From positions 1 through 19,051 of the forward strand of contig CAVXZB010000004.1 of the NCBI GenBank assembly GCA_963765895.1: a stretch of DNA of 19,051 bases. The letters are read 5' to 3'. The notes below the pieces were generated by a model. That model was not told where the DNA came from, searched no databases, and worked only from the letters and a program-made list of their open reading frames with translations. The translations under genes were made by a program, and so were the position numbers. Of this stretch, positions 1-9,246 are shown piece by piece. This DNA comes from an uncultured Nitrososphaeraceae archaeon. Its GTDB lineage: Archaea; Thermoproteota; Nitrososphaeria; Nitrososphaerales; Nitrososphaeraceae. Within the stretch, counting starts at the first letter, position 1, and every line of letters begins with the position of its first letter.

Positions 1-165
1 AATAGCGTAATGGCTGATGCGAGAACTTTTGGGAGCAGTGGTAACAAGGGCATTGATCATAAAACCTTTTGCAGCAGAAAGATATCGTTAGGACTCGCCA
101 AAGGATCACCACCATTAGATTTAAGTATTGTAGGATTACAATATCACGAGTATTACTATTATTGA
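1..165 (+). CDS. possible 3' end of a CDS entering from the left edge (unknown product)
   Basis: Frame +1 is open from base 1 to TGA at 163-165 (NSVMADARTFGSSGNKG...QYHEYYYY*). No motif recognised. Confidence 0.2.
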   Translation, partial: NSVMADARTFGSSGNKGIDHKTFCSRKISLGLAKGSPPLDLSIVGLQYHEYYYY

Positions 166-388
166 CCAAAAAAACTCATGCATCTAATTCACTTACTACC
201 ACTAATATTTACTTGATAATGAAAATAAATGATATTGAGACTTAACATTAAAACAAGACCTGACTATGAATCTAGCTGTCAGTATCATAAAATGTCAGTT
301 AAACTCATTAAATATCTATGGTATAATGCCTCAAACCAATAACAATATAAGCATTTAATATAATGTATAACATAATTAGGTATATCTT

Positions 389-1258
389 ATGGATAAAGCA
401 TATGCTAAAGACTGGGAAGACGTAAAATATAACATCCATTCTAATGCACCAGATGAGAATAATATAACACGAGGAGCTCATCACGTTTTAGAGGCATTAC
501 CGACGACGCTACCTGGCTCTCATAACCTTATAGTTTATTCTGATATACGAGTTCTAAGAAAAGTATATCCAGAATATGTCAAATCTCTACTTGAGAATAA
601 TGAGATTGTCTTAATATTGTCATATTATGAGCATCCATCTACAATGAGACAGATATTGCTAAACGGAAGTAATGGCAAGAGTAAGACTTTGAATGTGGAA
701 GGATATATACAAGATGGTTCACTAGTAATTGTTGATTCACTAGCATCATATTTTAATCAAGGTTATAATAATAATAATAATAACAATAATCATCATCTTC
801 ATTATGAAATAGATAAAGAAGATGATAATAACAATAATAATAATAACAATAATAATAAGCTGAACTTTTTATCACTCATAAGAATATTATTAAATCATGG
901 TATAAAAAACAATAAAACCGGTATTACTATATTTTCAGATATGGGTTCATTTTTTCATTTTAATTCTGCATCTTACAAGAACAATAATGACAATAACAAT
1001 ACTGAGGATAAAGTTGATCACAATATTGATAATGATACTCTAAACAAAATCCTTGAATATGAAAGGTCAATTCCATCAAGCTATAAAGATTTAGAATTAA
1101 AGAAATTCTGCTTGTATCATCAAAAGGATTATGAATCACATTTCAAGTCCACGCGTCAAAAGGCACAGTTACTTGACTGTCATGGCCGGTCCATTTTGAT
1201 TATGGATGGTAATAATAATAATAACTATGGTCATAATACCAAAAATAAGAATAATTGA
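389..1258 (+). CDS. MEDS (DcmR-type sensory) domain-like protein with poly-Asn insertions
   Basis: 289-aa ORF. The pattern H-x-L-I-V-Y, GSLVIVDS, IFSDMGSFF, LEYE, FCLYH and LLDCHG follows the MEDS domain layout common in Nitrososphaerales. Confidence 0.7.
   Translation: MDKAYAKDWEDVKYNIHSNAPDENNITRGAHHVLEALPTTLPGSHNLIVYSDIRVLRKVYPEYVKSLLENNEIVLILSYYEHPSTMRQILLNGSNGKSKTLNVEGYIQDGSLVIVDSLASYFNQGYNNNNNNNNHHLHYEIDKEDDNNNNNNNNNNKLNFLSLIRILLNHGIKNNKTGITIFSDMGSFFHFNSASYKNNNDNNNTEDKVDHNIDNDTLNKILEYERSIPSSYKDLELKKFCLYHQKDYESHFKSTRQKAQLLDCHGRSILIMDGNNNNNYGHNTKNKNN
767..856 (+). repeat. (AAT/AAC)n trinucleotide tracts encoding Asn8 (767-790) and Asn10 (827-856)
   Basis: Read directly. A further Asn5 lies at 1211-1225. 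Confidence 0.95.
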
Positions 1259-1699
1259 TCCAGCAGGAATATTTTTTAGTTAGCTCGTTACATTTAGTTA
1301 GTTTTATAGTTAGTATATAGTGAAATCTTTCCAGTACCGATTAATCTGTCTGGCGTCATTAGCTAACTGAATTACCAGAATGTTCAAAGATGCTATACAT
1401 ATATAGCTGTAAGATAATGCAAATTTATTTAATATTTATTACAGAATAAATTTTCGATGAAAAATTAAAGCCATGACTTTCTAAATTCTTTTGTAATAAT
1501 ATTTAATGTGACAAATCTACCAAACCAACCTTATAAATAAATATAGAATAGGTTACGGATATCCTTTTCAAGGAAATTATCTGGTATTGACTCGATCATG
1601 ATATCATCTCTCACGGGCGATCAAGGTGGCAGGTCAAACATTGTCATTTCAGATCATATGGAATATACACCACAAATTGATACCTCTGTTCTATAACTG

Positions 1700-2186
1700 A
1701 TGAGCAAGGGTTACCAAGCGGATATCGGAGATGAGCATGTTTCTAAATTTTTTAAGAGTAAAAATTTTGCTTTTTTAGCTACTGTAAATAAAGATGGGTC
1801 ACCATAGGTTACTCCAGTGTGGATAGATTTAGTCGAAGATAATACTATAGGTGGTAGAGTAATATTAGTAAATACTGCAAAGGGTCTGCTGAAACATAAG
1901 AACGTATCACGAGATCCGAGAGTCTCAATTTCTATGATTGATTCAGAAACAAATCCCTTATAGCATGATAACAATAAAAGGCAAAGTTATAGACCAAACC
2001 ACAGCTGGTGCAAAAAAACATATCGATAACCTTGCTAAGAGATATCTTAGTACTGAGACATATCCTGCTCATTCAGCAGATGTTGAAAGGATAATTCTCA
2101 AGATAGCACCATAAAGGATTTTCTATATACCTCCTAGATTTACACAGTATTTGGAGAAAACTGAGAAAAGCAAGAATACAAACTAG
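1700..2186 (+). pseudogene. PPOX-class (pyridoxamine 5'-phosphate oxidase-like) F420-dependent oxidoreductase, disrupted
   Basis: Manual translation: MSKGYQ...KNFAFLATVNKDGSP*VTPVWID...ILVNTAKGLLKHKNVSRDPRVSISMID..NP/YSMITIKGKV...HIDNLAKRYL...ERIILKIAP*RIFY. In-frame TAG at 1805-1807, frameshift near 1958, TAA at 2112-2114. Confidence 0.88.
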
Positions 2187-2334
2187 ATTGAAACTAGCTA
2201 GTTAGAGAAGGACAACTAGTATTGAAATACTAAAGGAACGTTTGTACTCCTTGTTAGCAGCGAAATTGTGCAAAGTAATATATTTATTGAGATATAAGCA
2301 AATACCTATCAGGGGAGGTAAGAATTCAAAAGCT

Positions 2335-2616
2335 TTGGCCGACAAAATTAAATGTTCCCACATACTGGTGAAGAAACAAAGTGAAGCTGTTATGATATTG
2401 GAACGTCTCAAAAATGGTGAAAGTTTCTCAAACCTTGCTAGGCAATTATCAATTGACAAGGGCAGTGCAAAGCGAGGCGGGGATTTGGGACTTTTTGGAA
2501 GGGGAATGATGGTAAGGCCATTTGAAGAGGCAGCGTTCAAGCTTAATAAGGGTGAAATGACCCAAGAACCCATTAAGACAGAATTTGGATATCACATAAT
2601 CAAGAGAGCTGGCTGA
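2335..2616 (+). CDS. parvulin-type peptidyl-prolyl cis-trans isomerase (thaumarchaeal PinA/NmPin type)
   Basis: [14 protein letters not shown]...[30 protein letters not shown]...[10 protein letters not shown] is a rotamase signature. Start placed at TTG 2335 because thaumarchaeal parvulins begin [11 protein letters not shown]. The track's start at 2242 is likely over-extended. Confidence 0.95.
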   Translation: MADKIKCSHILVKKQSEAVMILERLKNGESFSNLARQLSIDKGSAKRGGDLGLFGRGMMVRPFEEAAFKLNKGEMTQEPIKTEFGYHIIKRAG

Positions 2617-3283
2617 CTAGATTCATGTATGAATCTAGATCTAGACAAGAACATTGTATTTGAATACATTAATCGATATGAAAAACTATATCGGACGTGT
2701 ATAAAAAATGATAGCAAACAATTTTGGTGGCTTTATCTAACCAATCAATCTATATATCTCCACTGCGGTAAATACTTTCAAGAGAGTTACTCGATACCTG
2801 TAGGATATGAGACATAAATCGAAAATATTAGAACCATAAAAATTCTGCCTAAGCATGTTACTAATAAGCCATGTTCTATCCTTAATGACTTGTACTGTCA
2901 TAGCTTTATAATTAGTTATTTCCTGAACTTTCAAATTTTGTACCTGTTATAGTTCTTAATTTGTCAATCTAATTGTAGATAAAATGATTCCTTTCATTAG
3001 TTTTATACGTTTGTAAATTACGATATTCTAAATTGTTAAAAGTTAAAGTATGATTTAGAATGCATAAAAGGATGCTAAATCTAGATCTAAATCCATAAAG
3101 ATAGGATTAAAAAATGTTAATAGTGACCGGAATTTGTAAATATTAAAATTAATTTAATCTGATAAGTAATAAGATGATATCATCCAGAACAAATACAAAA
3201 TACTTACCAGATATCCGCACTATATTGTTTGGCAAAGATCGTAGAGTAAAAATAAAGTGTTGATCATAGTTAATACAATAGTA

Positions 3284-3403
3284 TTGAAAAATGTTGAGTG
3301 CTTTAGATGCGGTTTTCTAATGATAGAGATACAGCCGTGTCATCTATTATGTCCTAATTGTGGAGCGGAGCTTGATTGCTCTGACAAGGGATTTGTATGG
3401 TAA
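3284..3403 (+). CDS. small CPxCG-type zinc-finger protein (39 aa)
   Basis: TTG start (in-frame GTG 3257 and TTG 3260 are alternatives): MKNVECFRCGFLMIEIQPCHLLCPNCGAELDCSDKGFVW*. Contains CxxCG, CH, CPNCG and DCSD motifs. Below the ORF-track cutoff. Confidence 0.8.
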   Translation: MKNVECFRCGFLMIEIQPCHLLCPNCGAELDCSDKGFVW

Positions 3404-3522
3404 TAATGACTTTAGGGACCAATATTGATTGGATTACACAAGGTCACATAAGGTTATCAAGACTATACTTAGTTAAAAATGACCATTTTAGAATTAAAAG
3501 TGGGTATTATTGTCCTTTCTTG

Positions 3523-3873
3523 CTATCTTTTCACTTCTGCTCTTCTTGTACCTCTTTGCCCCATATAGAAAAACCCAGCAGATATAGCACCGAATATTAT
3601 CACAATTGCGATTATGTAGATTTCAGTTTCATTTAGATTAACCCCAAGCATTGGAGTTCCTGAACCATATGCTCCAGCTTGTTTGGCATTTTGAACTTTT
3701 TCTCTAGCGAGTTTGAGTTGTTCTTCTAGACTCGCCGATGGGCCTCCTGAGCTAACATATTGGGCTTTAGCAATTTGTATTGCAGACATCGCGAATGAAA
3801 CAAGGAGTAGTGTTGATACGAGTGCTATGGTTGTAATCGTCATCTTTTGTGAGAAATGTGCAGTACTGATCAA
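3523..3873 (-). CDS. membrane-anchored hypothetical protein (signal peptide plus C-terminal TM helix and basic tail)
   Basis: N-terminal hydrophobic stretch ending AKA-Q, helical linker SLEEQLKLAREKV, TM IYIIAIVIIFGAISAGFFY, tail RGTRRAEVKR. True start may be ATG 3843. Confidence 0.75.
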   Translation of the reverse strand: MISTAHFSQKMTITTIALVSTLLLVSFAMSAIQIAKAQYVSSGGPSASLEEQLKLAREKVQNAKQAGAYGSGTPMLGVNLNETEIYIIAIVIIFGAISAGFFYMGQRGTRRAEVKR

Positions 3874-4049
3874 CGTACATTATTCGTTACTAATAACATT
3901 GAGAATGTCCCATTATTACATATTTCAAAAGGATATGTTCATATCTCTCGTCTATAGACCGCTCTTATTATCATTCTGCTGGTCTAAGCAAAGCCATTAT
4001 CCAATGATTTTTCCGACTCGAATCTATTTACATAGGTCTCTATCTTATA

Positions 4050-4475
4050 CTAGTCTTTTGCCGATTTCTTCATCCAGTTTAATAGATAAATAATAGATTC
4101 AACTAAATCCTGGTCTTTATTTGTTAATCTATATTCTACTCTGGGCGGGATCTCATTGTATGCTTGTCTTTCTAGAACTCCACTTTTATCGAGTTCCTTT
4201 AACCTTTTCGCTAATGTATTACTACTGAAACCCTTCAATGTATTCTTGAATTTTAAATATCTAACAGGTGTTGTAGTGGAGCACAAAGGAATTAGAATTT
4301 CAAGAGTTCCTCTTTTTGTAATTATTTTACGTAGTTTGGCAGTCTCTCTCATAAGTGCGTCAGCATCGTATCCATGAAAATCACAATTTTCAATATCGTC
4401 AACAACTGGTAATTCTGTTCTTGTTTTTACCGATTTTGTTTTCCCTCTTACTCCTCCATTTCCTTTTGTTTCCAT
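4050..4475 (-). CDS. HxlR-family winged-helix transcriptional regulator
   Basis: SSNTLAKRLKEL...GVLERQAYNEIPPRVEYRLT is the HxlR signature. Confidence 0.9.
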   Translation of the reverse strand: METKGNGGVRGKTKSVKTRTELPVVDDIENCDFHGYDADALMRETAKLRKIITKRGTLEILIPLCSTTTPVRYLKFKNTLKGFSSNTLAKRLKELDKSGVLERQAYNEIPPRVEYRLTNKDQDLVESIIYLLNWMKKSAKD

Positions 4476-4497
4476 AACTACACTTACTTTACCTAGC

Positions 4498-4527
4498 TTC
4501 TCTTGACAACTTAAATAGTTTCTCTTG
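4498..4527 (+). promoter_or_regulatory. putative arsM promoter: TATA-like TTAAATA (4511-4517) flanked by TTCTCTTG direct repeats
   Basis: TTCTCTTG at 4498-4505 and 4520-4527. The TATA-like box is about 25 nt upstream of GTG 4540, inside the 64-bp divergent intergenic gap. Confidence 0.45.
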
Positions 4528-4539
4528 TAAACACAGCAT

Positions 4540-5347
4540 GTGAAAGAGGATACAATTAAGCAGCAAATAAAGGAAAGATATGGAAATATTGCATTAGTTG
4601 GAAATTCTTCAGAAGGCTGTTGTTGTGCACCTACCGAGTGTTGTGGGGATGGCTGCAGTAATAGTGATAATTCAATGACGATGTTGTCATCGCAACAAAT
4701 TACAGAAAATATTGGTTATGATGTTGACGATTTAAATTCAATTCCTGAAACTTCTATCCTTGGTGTAGGCTGTGGCGCACCAGTAAAATTTGCAAATATC
4801 CGAGAAGGAGAAGTAGTCATTGACATTGGTTCTGGAGGAGGAATTGATGTATTTTTGTAAGCAAATAAAGTCAAACGGTCTGGGAAAGTGATTGGCATTG
4901 ATATGACAGATGAGATGTTAGAAAAGGCTGCAGATCACGCAAAACAGAATGAATATACAAATGTGGAATTCAAGAAAGGAGATATAGAAAAGGGGATTCC
5001 AATTAGCGAAAATGTTGCTGATGTGGTAATCAGCAATTGTGTTATTAACCTAACTATAGACAAAATAGCCGCATTCAAGGAAATTTACAGGATCCTAAAA
5101 ACCAATGGCGGCAGAATGGTGATATCAGATCTTGTAACAAGTAAGGAAGTAGACCCAGAATCAGCAAATTCAGATAAATGGTGTAGTTGCATAGATGGTG
5201 CATTAACAAAAGAACACTATCTTGATAGTATTAGAGAGGCAGGATTTTATGATATAGAAGTATTGGAAGAGAAATTTTATATGGACAGGCGATAATATTG
5301 AAGGCAGAAGAATTACCAGTATGGTAATAAAGGCAGTCAAGACCTAG
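4540..5347 (+). pseudogene. arsM: arsenite S-adenosylmethionine methyltransferase, disrupted
   Basis: Cys-rich N-terminus (CCCAPTECC), LGVGCGAP, VIDIGSGGGID, IGIDMTDEML, ISNCVINL, WCSCIDGAL. In-frame TAA at 4858-4860 (DVFL*ANKV). A frameshift near 5287 precedes GDNIEGRRITSMVIKAVKT* (TAG 5345-5347). Confidence 0.9.
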
Positions 5348-5787
5348 AGGAGGATTCTACACCATAGTGTAATATAATCAAGAACAACAACGTCAACAGC
5401 CGTGAGCTTACAATAGAGCTAACCATACTCTTCAAATAATAAACCAGGATGTTGATATCAACATCAAAATAATTGTAAACAACATAATTCATAGAAGCAG
5501 TGGTGGCAATCATTCAAGCCATAGTTTAAACTGTGCTTGCTTTGATGCGATAAAGATAGCCTGGTTAGAAAAAATACATAGAGACCAAAAATCAGGAAGT
5601 GGATAATTTCATAGACAAGTGCGTAATGGGACGCTAATTGATCATCAAACAATAAAATCTGCCAATTAAGAGTATAAAGCTTCACAATGCTTATCCAAGA
5701 CTGATTTCCATCATATAAAATATACAAACAAGTTAATTAAAGTCTATGGAAGATATATATCAAATAGTGTGCAATTTCTATGATACC

Positions 5788-6006
5788 ATGAAGATCTTTA
5801 ACGATTGGTGGAGGACTGTTCCAGAAGATCTTAGATATAAGTCACGTAAGGAAGATGAAGCAAACAAACCATTGTTAAACCCGGTTAACTATGTCCTTTT
5901 AAATCTCCATATGGCTGGCAAGCATGATGCAAAGCCAACTCATGAAGAGCTGAGAGATCGGCTGCATAGTGGCCAAGTAGATGTCCTTAGAATGAGTGCG
6001 AAATAG
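5788..6006 (+). CDS. small hypothetical protein (72 aa)
   Basis: MKIFNDWWRTVPEDLR...HSGQVDVLRMSAK has globular, protein-like composition. ATG 5788 preferred; 5746 is also possible. Confidence 0.6.
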   Translation: MKIFNDWWRTVPEDLRYKSRKEDEANKPLLNPVNYVLLNLHMAGKHDAKPTHEELRDRLHSGQVDVLRMSAK

Positions 6007-6252
6007 GAGCAGAAAAGATACATAATAATAATGAACAATAATACCTCAGTTAGTGTCAGCATATTCTTAAAGTAAATTTTATCCTTTTTAATCTAGAAAG
6101 TTAAGTTACTGTTCTAAGTATTTGATTACGTAGAAATTGATTCTCTTTTAAACAGACTCAATGAATTTTATGGTTAAGAACTGGTGCCGACAATAATCCG
6201 ATCACAATCTAAAAACGCAAAATTAAGATTCATTTATCAATTTTTGATAATA

Positions 6253-6646
6253 TTAGACACTACAATGCATTACTTTGTTTATAATTCTTAATAGATCTTC
6301 ATTTGTCACAGGCTTTTGAATTATACAGTTGTCTGGTAATAAAGAAAGAATGTCTGAATATTCCCCATCATTAATTTCTGCAGCTGTAAGAAAGCATACT
6401 TTCATCTTCCTATCAAGTTTCTTAATCTCTCTATAAAAGGAAAAACCATTCATATCTGGCATTTTAATATCAAGAATTAATAGATCGTAGAAGTGAGGCT
6501 TGAAATTGTCTAGAGCAATGAGAGGATATTCATATGAATCGACTTTGAATCCATATTGTTCCAATGTTTTCGCTATTGCGGTATTAACATCGGGTTCATC
6601 GTCGACTACTAGAATTCTTTTTGACGTTTTGTTCTACACTTTCCAT
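6253..6646 (-). pseudogene. stand-alone response regulator receiver domain, 5' frameshifted
   Basis: KRILVVDDEPD...DLLILDIKMPDMNGF...VCFLTA...IQKP. The receiver frame is closed upstream by TAG (6634-6636), and ATG 6646 (MESVEQNVK) is one base out of frame at an A5 run. The in-frame TTG 6564 would omit the acidic DD pocket. Confidence 0.75.
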
Positions 6647-6721
6647 TTTTAATTTTAGAATTGTTCCTTCATTTCGATATCATCATGGATTATTTACTTT
6701 TAGTCATACAATAAAGAATGA

Positions 6722-6741
6722 TCATTCATTCATTCATTCAT
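6722..6741. repeat. (TCAT)5 tetranucleotide repeat
   Basis: Read directly. Overlaps the stop codon of the 6738-7034 gene. Confidence 0.85.
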
Positions 6742-7034
6742 TTTGGATAGAAATCATGTGACTTATCTACTCTGCCAGCAAATTCATAAGTTAATAATCC
6801 GAATCCTACTATTGCAATAACAACAAACACTATTTCAAAGTCCATAGGTGATAGATTATTCATTTGGGGTGGAGTAGTATAGGGTAGTCTTGCTCCTCCA
6901 TTTACTTCCTCTTTTACAAATTGTGATCCATAATATATAGCACCAGTAAAACCGATTACTGCCATAACTATACCTAAAACAATAATGGATTTTCCTTTAA
7001 AGTTTAGACTATTGTTAGTATTGCTGCCTGTCAT
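6738..7034 (-). CDS. small two-TM membrane protein
   Basis: Two hydrophobic helices (IIVLGIVMAVIGFTGAIYYG and IVFVVIAIVGFGLLTYEF) joined by a Pro-rich loop. Confidence 0.7.
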   Translation of the reverse strand: MTGSNTNNSLNFKGKSIIVLGIVMAVIGFTGAIYYGSQFVKEEVNGGARLPYTTPPQMNNLSPMDFEIVFVVIAIVGFGLLTYEFAGRVDKSHDFYPK

Positions 7035-7190
7035 TTGATTCTGATGGACCTTTTTTTCTTCCCAATCTTGTTATGAATCTAATATTACCTAATCCCTCCT
7101 CATGAACTGAAATATCAAAATTCTTTATCTATTGAACCTTGCTTAACATTGATAACTAATGTGTAATCATCACAAGCTAGGATTTTAGAG

Positions 7191-7421
7191 ATGAAAAAAT
7201 GGGCTAGATTTCTGAAAAGAGCCAGAGAAGAAGAGCACAAGAAAATTAATCTAGCAATTGTAGGAGCAAATAATCATTATGCTGGGTTTGGTCCTGGAAC
7301 TGCTAACACCATTAGAAAAATGTTGGATTTGTCAGAGGTAACGTGGAATGACGTTAGGATTCCCAATACCGCAGAAAATGCACCAGCAGCCAAAAACAAA
7401 CTAGTCTATCAGATTATTTGA
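7191..7421 (+). pseudogene. C-terminal fragment of a DUF72-family protein
   Basis: MKKWA...IVGANNHYAGFGPGTANTIRKML matches the DUF72 C-terminal NNHxxG motif. The N-terminal two-thirds of the domain is not evident upstream. Confidence 0.7.
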
Positions 7422-7507
7422 AATGAGTTAGGATCATGGGGTCTGATAGCGCATCAAAGAGGTCTTCTTATAAACTCGATTTATTAAGATACTAAGATTC
7501 TATCCTA

Positions 7508-7657
7508 CTAATCCAACTCTGCTGCTAATCTTTCAATTAAATATTTCATCGATACTGGCTTTTCGATAAAACATCCAAAACCTACGTTACGGTATACTTC
7601 TCTTAGAGATTGGATATTTACTGCTAATGCTGACATAAAACATACTCCCTGAAAAGT
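7508..7657 (-). pseudogene. C-terminal fragment of a receiver domain
   Basis: Manual translation: GVCFMSALAVNIQSLREVYRNVGFGCFIEKPVSMKYLIERLAAELD* (beta4 CFMSA, beta5 KP). Closed upstream by TGA at 7658-7660. Confidence 0.75.
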
Positions 7658-8007
7658 TCATCGTCACCAGATGAAGAGATAGATTACATGAATACCACTA
7701 ATACTTGACCAACTTTTATCTATTATATTGAGTTTGTTCTGGTCTTTTTGTTCTGTTAACTTCAATAAAGATAAACCTTTGAATATTTCTCATATTTAAT
7801 GAGATTATTTGAACTTGAGAAAACTACTGCCACTTAGCAGAAATCATATAATGATTAGAACATAAACATTCATTTACAAGGAGCAAATAATCTTGTCTTT
7901 GCAATTAGACATCAAGATTCTTGACCTACCAATGTGTGAGGTACATTTTAAATACCATTTAATCTAAGATGACCATATGGTATTTGTATACCAAAAATAA
8001 CTACTCA

Positions 8008-9150
8008 ATGGGACCCGGAGAGACGAACAAATCAGCAGACAATCAAATAAGAAGAGAAGAGATAAAAATACGAGAAGTAAACTTGTCATATCAACAACAG
8101 ACCGTGCTAAATCTCTACAACTGTGGGATAACCCCAGAGATAATTGCACTACAATTAGATTTAACCAATGAAGAAGTTATTAGTATCATAAGAAAGGTAA
8201 TAAACGATAATAAAAGAAAAGAAGAATCAATCAAGCAGATTTCTGATTCATCTTCTCTTGGAATGTTCTACCTTGATTCTGTTATAGACACTGAGAGATT
8301 AGTCAAGGATGCTCAGAAAAGAATGTGGAAGGCATTAAAGTTAGAACCAAAGTTTGAAATTCCGTTAGAGCAGACGCAAGAAATACTTGAAAAATTTTGT
8401 GACTCAAAGATTGGTCCTGGCAATTTTACACATAGATCTAGTCGGTTCTACAAAATTATCCATGACTCTGCCTACTGAAAAACTTGCAACTATAATTCAA
8501 GCCTTTACCCAGGAAATGTCCTTATTGATTTCTGCATATGGAGGATATGTATTCAAATATGTAGGAGATGCATTATTGGCTTTTTTCTTTCTAAGCGATA
8601 ATAGATTGTATTTGCCATGTAGTAATGCAGTTAATTGTGGTAGATCTATGATCAGAGCAATGCAAGATGGTATCAATCCTATTTTGAATGACAATGATTA
8701 TCCTGAAATGGGAGTCCGTGTTGGAATAGATGTAGGGGAAAATATGGTAGTTCAATATGGTTGGAGTATCTAATTCGTATACACTTATTGAAGCAAAAAG
8801 TAATGAAACTAATTATCTTAATGGGAAAGATGCTCAATACTGTATTGATAACAAGGAAGCTGTAAGATTCAACATCTGATAATAATAGTGGTAGAGTCAA
8901 GACTAATCGTATCATTAGAAAACCACATCTTGATGTTTTGGGATATACAACAAGTATAGCAACAAAAATGACAGGATTTGCAACACCCAATCAAATCATG
9001 ATTGGTCAATCTGTCTATGAGATTCTAGATTCTACTAATAAGAGCAAATTTAAGAAAGTAAATGTAAGTAAGGATGAATGGGATTACATTAACTCTTCTA
9101 CAGGGAATGAATATGGCATATACTGTAGTATTGATACTTTATGTACATAA
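8008..9150 (+). pseudogene. class III adenylate/guanylate cyclase with N-terminal HTH-like region, three frameshifts
   Basis: ILHIDLVGSTKLS, YVFKYVGDA, VRVGIDVG, HLDVLGYTTSIATKMTGFATPNQIMIG. Frame changes near 8410, 8768 and 8864. Start is ATG 8008 (7969 possible). Confidence 0.9.
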
Positions 9151-9230
9151 TAATGAGGAGAAAACTACCTTTGACGAACACTTCAATGTTGATGCATCAT
9201 AAACCCAAAACAACCATAACGTTGTGAACT

Positions 9231-9246
9231 GGCTCTGTAAAGTTAA
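9231..9246. repeat. putative IS6 terminal inverted repeat (IRR) GGCTCTGTAAAGTTAA
   Basis: Resembles IS6-family ends (GG-x-x-CTGT...AAAGTT) and overlaps the transposase stop codon. No partner copy seen in the window. Confidence 0.7.

Noticed and set aside
1711-1974. 87-aa minus-strand ORF
   Set aside because: Antisense shadow of the PPOX pseudogene.
2202-2573. 123-aa minus-strand ORF
   Set aside because: Antisense to the well-supported parvulin.
2629-2934. Two short overlapping ORFs (62 and 65 aa)
   Set aside because: No recognisable motif. May be eroded coding DNA, but I cannot support a call.
3397-4377. Plus-strand ORFs 3397-3636, 3713-4093 and 4156-4377
   Set aside because: Antisense overlaps of the membrane protein and HxlR genes, with shadow-like composition.
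4858-4860. Stop-codon recoding (Sec/Pyl) of arsM and other broken genes, prompted by the SelB-like gene
   Set aside because: The internal stops in arsM, PPOX and the HTH gene are TAA or TAG rather than TGA, and co-occur with frameshifts in arsM and PPOX. The SelB-like protein lacks the G motifs of true SelB.
5464-5727. 87-aa minus-strand ORF with CHHC...CC
   Set aside because: No coherent family pattern or other support.
8387-8990. Programmed frameshifting in the cyclase, and antisense ORFs 8497-8694 and 8679-8990
   Set aside because: Three successive shifts without clear slippery sites are implausible as programmed events. The antisense ORFs are shadows.
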